Assembly: GCF_965227765.1 (NCBI RefSeq) | Contig: NZ_OZ245778.1 | Span: forward strand, 2,200,318 to 2,264,317 | Source: Brevundimonas sp. | GTDB taxonomy: Bacteria > Pseudomonadota > Alphaproteobacteria > Caulobacterales > Caulobacteraceae | Direction: 5' to 3' | Length of the DNA stretch: 64,000 nt | In this document: piece after piece, positions 56,510 to 64,000 of the stretch | How positions within the stretch are numbered: position 1 is the stretch's first letter | How the letters are laid out: the number at the start of each line of letters is the position of its first letter | Position numbers and translations under genes: made by a program | Notes under the pieces: model-generated | Database searches by the model: none | Seen by the model: the letters and a program-made list of their open reading frames with translations, nothing else | What the model was told of the DNA's origin: nothing

Positions 56510-57806
56510 TTACCACCGGCGTTCGAAGCGCCGACGCAGCAGGATCGCGGCGGCGTTCATGACGATCATGAAGGTCAGGAGCACGATGATGGCCGCAGCC
56601 GTCCGTTCGTGGAACGCCCGCTCGGACGCATTCTCCCAAATATAGACCAGGGACGGCAGCGCCCCCGTAGGCTCGACGACCGAGTGCGGAATGCCCGGCA
56701 CGAAGCTGACCATGCCGATCAGCAGCAGGGGCGCGGTCTCGCCCAGGGCGTGGGCCATCGAGATGATGGCGCCCGTCATCACGCCCGGCATGGCCAGCGG
56801 CAGGACGTGCTGGAACACTGTCTGCGTGCGGCTGGCGCCCATGGCCAGGGCGGCCTCGCGGATCGAAGGCGGCACCGACTTCAGCGACGACCGGGTGGCG
56901 ATGATGATGGTCGGCAGCGCCATCAGGGCCAGCACCAGACCGCCCACCAGCGGCGAGGACCTGGGCAGGTGCATCCAGTTGATGAACAGGGCCACGCCCA
57001 ACAGGCCGTAGACGATCGACGGCACGGCCGCGAGGTTGTTGATGTTGACCTCGATCAGGTCGGTGATCCTGTTCTTGGGCGAGAATTCTTCCAAATAGAC
57101 CGCCGCGCCGATGCCGACCGGAATGGCGATGACCGCCGTCACCATCAGCATCAGGGCCGATCCGATCACGGCCCCCAGCACGCCCGCCAGTTCCGGCTCG
57201 GTCGAATCGCCGTTGGTGAACAGGGCGCCGTTGAAATGGGTCCGCACCGCGCCCTCGGCCTTGATCCGGTCCAGCCAGCCGATCTGGGCGTCCGACAGGC
57301 GGCGCTGGTCGGCAGGCGTCTCGATGGAGATCTCACCCTTGTAATAGAGGTCGGCTTCGTCCGACGCGGGCGCGACGATGGTGACGGTCTTGCCGATGAT
57401 CTCCGGGTTGTCGCGCACCATGTCGGCGGCGCGGTATTTAAGTTCCGAAGAGAACAGCGAGCGCATGGCCCGCGCCTGCGTGCCCGCCGCATCGTCCTGA
57501 ACGCCCAGGCGCGCCAGCTCCTGCTCGGCGACCAGCAGTTCGAAATTGGTGCCTTCGGGGTAGGCCTGGTCGATGCGCGCAGGGTCCATATAGACCGGCA
57601 GCGTGACCTCGTGGGCATAGAAGGCCGTGTGGCCCTGCTCGATGATGCGGAACAGCAGCAGCGTCAGGAAGCCGATGGCCACGGCGACCGCCATGATCCC
57701 ATAGGCCTTGAACCGCTTCTCGCGGGCGTAGCGCTTCTTCAGGCCCGCCTGCAGCCGTCCGGCACGGCCGGCGTCGGCCGGACGGTCGAAGATGTCGGGG
57801 GTCGCG

Positions 57807-57814
<8 letters not shown>
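56510..57814 (-). CDS. pstA: phosphate ABC transporter permease PstA
   Basis: 434 aa. Long periplasmic loop form. EAA-type loop ...[15 protein letters not shown]. Confidence 0.9.
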
Positions 57815-59243
<1,429 letters not shown>

Positions 59244-59340
59244 GAAGAGCGACGAAAGCCATGACTGTCGCGCGCGGGGAGGTCCGCAGGCGTCGTGGCC
59301 GCAAACTGCCCGTGTTTCGCAAGCGGATTACGACGGCTGC

Positions 59341-59358
59341 ATGACAGTTCTGTTACAG
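59341..59358 (-). promoter_or_regulatory. Pho box (CTGTAAC-AGAA-CTGTCAT) about 100 nt upstream of pstC, overlapping the phoR stop codon
   Basis: Two 7-nt direct repeats with a 4-nt spacer match the enterobacterial PhoB consensus CTGTCAT-N4-CTGTCAT with 2 mismatches. A TAAT -10-like element lies 10 nt downstream. Confidence 0.6.
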
Positions 59359-60759
59359 CGGAGCCGCCTCTTGAAATGAGTTTGTCGCGGCCTCATCCAA
59401 CTGATTAATAACGGGGAAATAGGCGGTGAACGCTGCTCCCTGCCCCTCTTCGCTCTCGACTACCAAGCCGCCGCGATGACGGTTTGTGATATGTTTGACA
59501 ATCGCAAGACCCAGGCCCGTGCCCGAGTGGGCGCCGCTCTTCTGGCCTTCGACGCGATAGAATCGTTCGGTCAGGCGCGGCAGGTGCTCCCGTTTCATCC
59601 CCGGCCCGTGATCCCGCACGGTGACGGCGGCATAGGTTGCCCCAGCCTCGCGGTCTGGCGTCAGCAGGGCCAGGCGGGTCGCCACCTCCGTTCGAGGCCC
59701 GCAGATATCGTCCAGCGACCTGCCGGTTCGAACCGTGATCTCCACCGAGGATCCGGCCGGGGCGTATTTGATTCCATTATCGACCAGGTTCTGAACCACC
59801 TGCAGGATTTCGTCCCGCTCACCCTCGACCCAGGCGGCGCCGTCCTGCTCGACCTTAAGGGTGACGCCCTTGCCCCTAGCCAGAAGGCCCACGGCGTCCA
59901 CCACATCCAGAATGGTGCGCGACAGGTCGGCTCGCCCCTGGGGCGGCACATGTTCATTCAGTTCGATGCGGCTCAGCGACATCAGATCGGAGATCAACCG
60001 ACCCATCCGGTCGGCTTGCACCGCCATGATGTCGAGAAAACGATCCCGCGCCCGCGTGTCGTCGCGCGCATGGCCCTTTAGCGTCTCGATGAACCCCGTC
60101 AGCGACGCCAGGGGCGTGCGTAGTTCATGGCTGGCGTTGGCCAGGAAATCGACCCGCATCCGCTCGGTCCGGCGCAGGTCCGTCTCGTCTCGCAGCGACA
60201 GCAACACCAGTGGCGACGGCCCCGGCGACGGCAGAGGATGAATCGAGGCCTTCCATTCGCGCGACTGTGCGCCGCTGACGGTATAGTCGACCGAGCGCGT
60301 CAATCCGCCAAACAGGGCTTCATCGATGGCTTCGAGCATTTCGGGGTCCCGAACCGAGGCGACCAGAGCCCCGCCGTCGCGCGCAACCCTGAGTCGTTCT
60401 CGCGCCGACGCATTGGCCAGGATGATGCGCCGCCCTGACATATCGTCGGCCATGCCGCCGCTGATGACCATGATTGGATCGTCCAGGGTCTCGAACACGG
60501 AATCCAGCAGACGCCGGGGCTCGTCGTCCACGACGGGAGCGACGTCCTCGCGGGTGTCAGCGGCGGGACGCGTCCGCCGGCCTGCCAGCCAGGCGATCAG
60601 TCCCACCAAGCCTGCGCCGAGACACAATCCCCTCGCCGCCTCGTGATTGAGCATCGCCAGCAGGATCATGATCCCGACCGCCAACCAGGCTGCGGTGGAT
60701 GTCGTCAACAACCGATCAAGGCTGCTGGTCTCGCCATCTGGTCCCGTTCCCGATGTCAT
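59353..60759 (-). CDS. phoR: phosphate regulon sensor histidine kinase
   Basis: 468 aa. Two N-terminal TM segments, a PAS-like region, H-box FLANASHELRTPL, and HATPase_c DHGPGM / GTGLGLAIVKH. Confidence 0.9.
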   Translation of the reverse strand: MTSGTGPDGETSSLDRLLTTSTAAWLAVGIMILLAMLNHEAARGLCLGAGLVGLIAWLAGRRTRPAADTREDVAPVVDDEPRRLLDSVFETLDDPIMVISGGMADDMSGRRIILANASARERLRVARDGGALVASVRDPEMLEAIDEALFGGLTRSVDYTVSGAQSREWKASIHPLPSPGPSPLVLLSLRDETDLRRTERMRVDFLANASHELRTPLASLTGFIETLKGHARDDTRARDRFLDIMAVQADRMGRLISDLMSLSRIELNEHVPPQGRADLSRTILDVVDAVGLLARGKGVTLKVEQDGAAWVEGERDEILQVVQNLVDNGIKYAPAGSSVEITVRTGRSLDDICGPRTEVATRLALLTPDREAGATYAAVTVRDHGPGMKREHLPRLTERFYRVEGQKSGAHSGTGLGLAIVKHITNRHRGGLVVESEEGQGAAFTAYFPVINQLDEAATNSFQEAAPL

Positions 60760-60901
60760 TGCTTCCAGAATAATCCCACGCTTTGCGGCGAAATCGCCAC
60801 GACTCGAAAGCCGATAGCACCACCATCACCGCGTCTTTATGACAATGCGAGCGCGAATTTCGTCCGATAAGGCGCCGCTTTCTTTACCTGTTCGGGCGAG
60901 G

Positions 60902-63217
<2,316 letters not shown>

Positions 63218-63260
63218 CAGACTGGCAGCAGGGCGCCGGGGGCCGGGGGCCGGGGGCCAG

Positions 63261-63425
63261 CTAGATCGCAAGCAGGATGATCGGCGTCAGAACCGCGACA
63301 GCCAGCAGAATCCAGACCCAGTGGAACCGAGCCCGCTTTTTCTGCAGCCTGGCGGTTCGGCCCAGATAAACCGGCGGACGGGGACGCCCCACTTCGCTGC
63401 CGACGATGTTGTGACGATCCCTCAT
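63261..63425 (-). CDS. small tail-anchored membrane protein (54 aa), hypothetical
   Basis: ATG at 63425 is preceded by AAGGAGG at 7-nt spacing. ATGA overlap with the upstream ORF stop. C-terminal TM WVWILLAVAVLTPIILLAI. Confidence 0.4.
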   Translation of the reverse strand: MRDRHNIVGSEVGRPRPPVYLGRTARLQKKRARFHWVWILLAVAVLTPIILLAI

Positions 63426-64000
63426 CGGACGCCTCCTTTGAGGTTTGAGCACCACCGGAAAACCGGCAGGCGCCAGACGCGCGCCGAAGATGACAACACC
63501 TCGGCCCGGTCCCGCAGTCGCGGCACGGAGCAGAGCATGGTCAGCCGAACCGCGTCGTCAGCAGGGATGTCGGGGTGATCCCAGAAGGTCTCCTGAAGCA
63601 CGGCCTCCTGTCTGAGACAGTCCGCCAGAAGGTCGAACCGGGCGTCCTGGCAAAGACGCCGCGAGTGGCGGTCCTCGACCAAGGCCACGACGGCTTCGGT
63701 CTCTGACGCCTTGTGCGGCCCCAGGGCGAAAATCCTCTGGGCGACGGGTTCACGCGCGTCAGGCTCGCAGTCGACGTCGATGACAGGATAGTCGGGGTGG
63801 AAATGTTGGGCCGCGTGTTCCAGGGCGAGCGACATCAGCTGGTCACGCGCCAGCGGCGACATCGCCAGCTCGGCGGCCTTGGCCAGCATCAATTCATCCG
63901 CCGCGAGACCGGGCCGACGCGTTTCCAGATCGACGCGGTCCCACTGGGCGCCAGCGACAGCCTCAGCGACCGCGGCCCCGACGACGCGCGCATCAAGCCT
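63422..64000 (-). CDS. hypothetical protein (frame stays open to the window end; 5' end possibly outside the window)
   Basis: The frame is open from 64000 to the stop at 63422-63424. No recognisable motif. Confidence 0.4.
   Translation of the reverse strand, partial: RLDARVVGAAVAEAVAGAQWDRVDLETRRPGLAADELMLAKAAELAMSPLARDQLMSLALEHAAQHFHPDYPVIDVDCEPDAREPVAQRIFALGPHKASETEAVVALVEDRHSRRLCQDARFDLLADCLRQEAVLQETFWDHPDIPADDAVRLTMLCSVPRLRDRAEVLSSSARVWRLPVFRWCSNLKGGVR

Noticed and set aside
63236-63256. (CCGGGGG)x3 heptamer tandem repeat just after the MHYT kinase stop
   Set aside because: It is very short and G-rich in a high-GC genome. It is most simply slippage-prone spacer or terminator-region DNA, and no functional inference is justified.

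Overview
High-GC alphaproteobacterial chromosomal segment. The gene content and order suggest a Caulobacterales-like organism such as Brevundimonas or Caulobacter: phoR-pstC-pstA-pstB-phoU-phoB without pstS, a COQ9-like gene divergent from rpsU, and several leaderless-looking starts. This placement is inference only. I support about 60 protein-coding genes. No rRNA gene, intact tRNA gene, CRISPR array or transposase was seen. The window divides into four parts. (i) 0.5-6.2 kb holds a hybrid kinase, an ArsR-membrane-Crp module and xthA. (ii) 6.7-19.5 kb holds stress-type genes (Zn-ADH, SRPBCC, SDRs, S41 peptidase, AlkB, DUF4142, esterases, cation/H+ antiporter, EAL). (iii) mfd is followed by the only clearly accessory stretch, about 23.85-32.2 kb, which looks lower in GC by eye. 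It contains a chimeric DUF2252::LysR ORF, an SGNH pseudogene, an XRE regulator, two tyrosine recombinases, and a KaiC-like ATPase coupled to a hybrid histidine kinase. (iv) 32.3-64 kb is housekeeping: ugd, ohr, cobS, CBS/CGL, purEK, rpsU, an ABC exporter, an autotransporter esterase, a serB-serA fusion, hslO, the pst-pho operon and an MHYT hybrid kinase. I did not find a clear, complete novel multi-gene system. The best candidates for follow-up are: the KaiC-like/hybrid-kinase pair beside the integrase debris; the xthA 3'-fragment repeats bracketing a regulator module; the uncharacterised DUF2391/TIGR02588-like membrane pair; a set of ECF (EcfG-type)-like promoter motifs; and several exact or periodic DNA repeats. 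All family assignments come from motif recognition by eye in the supplied translations. No database search was run.
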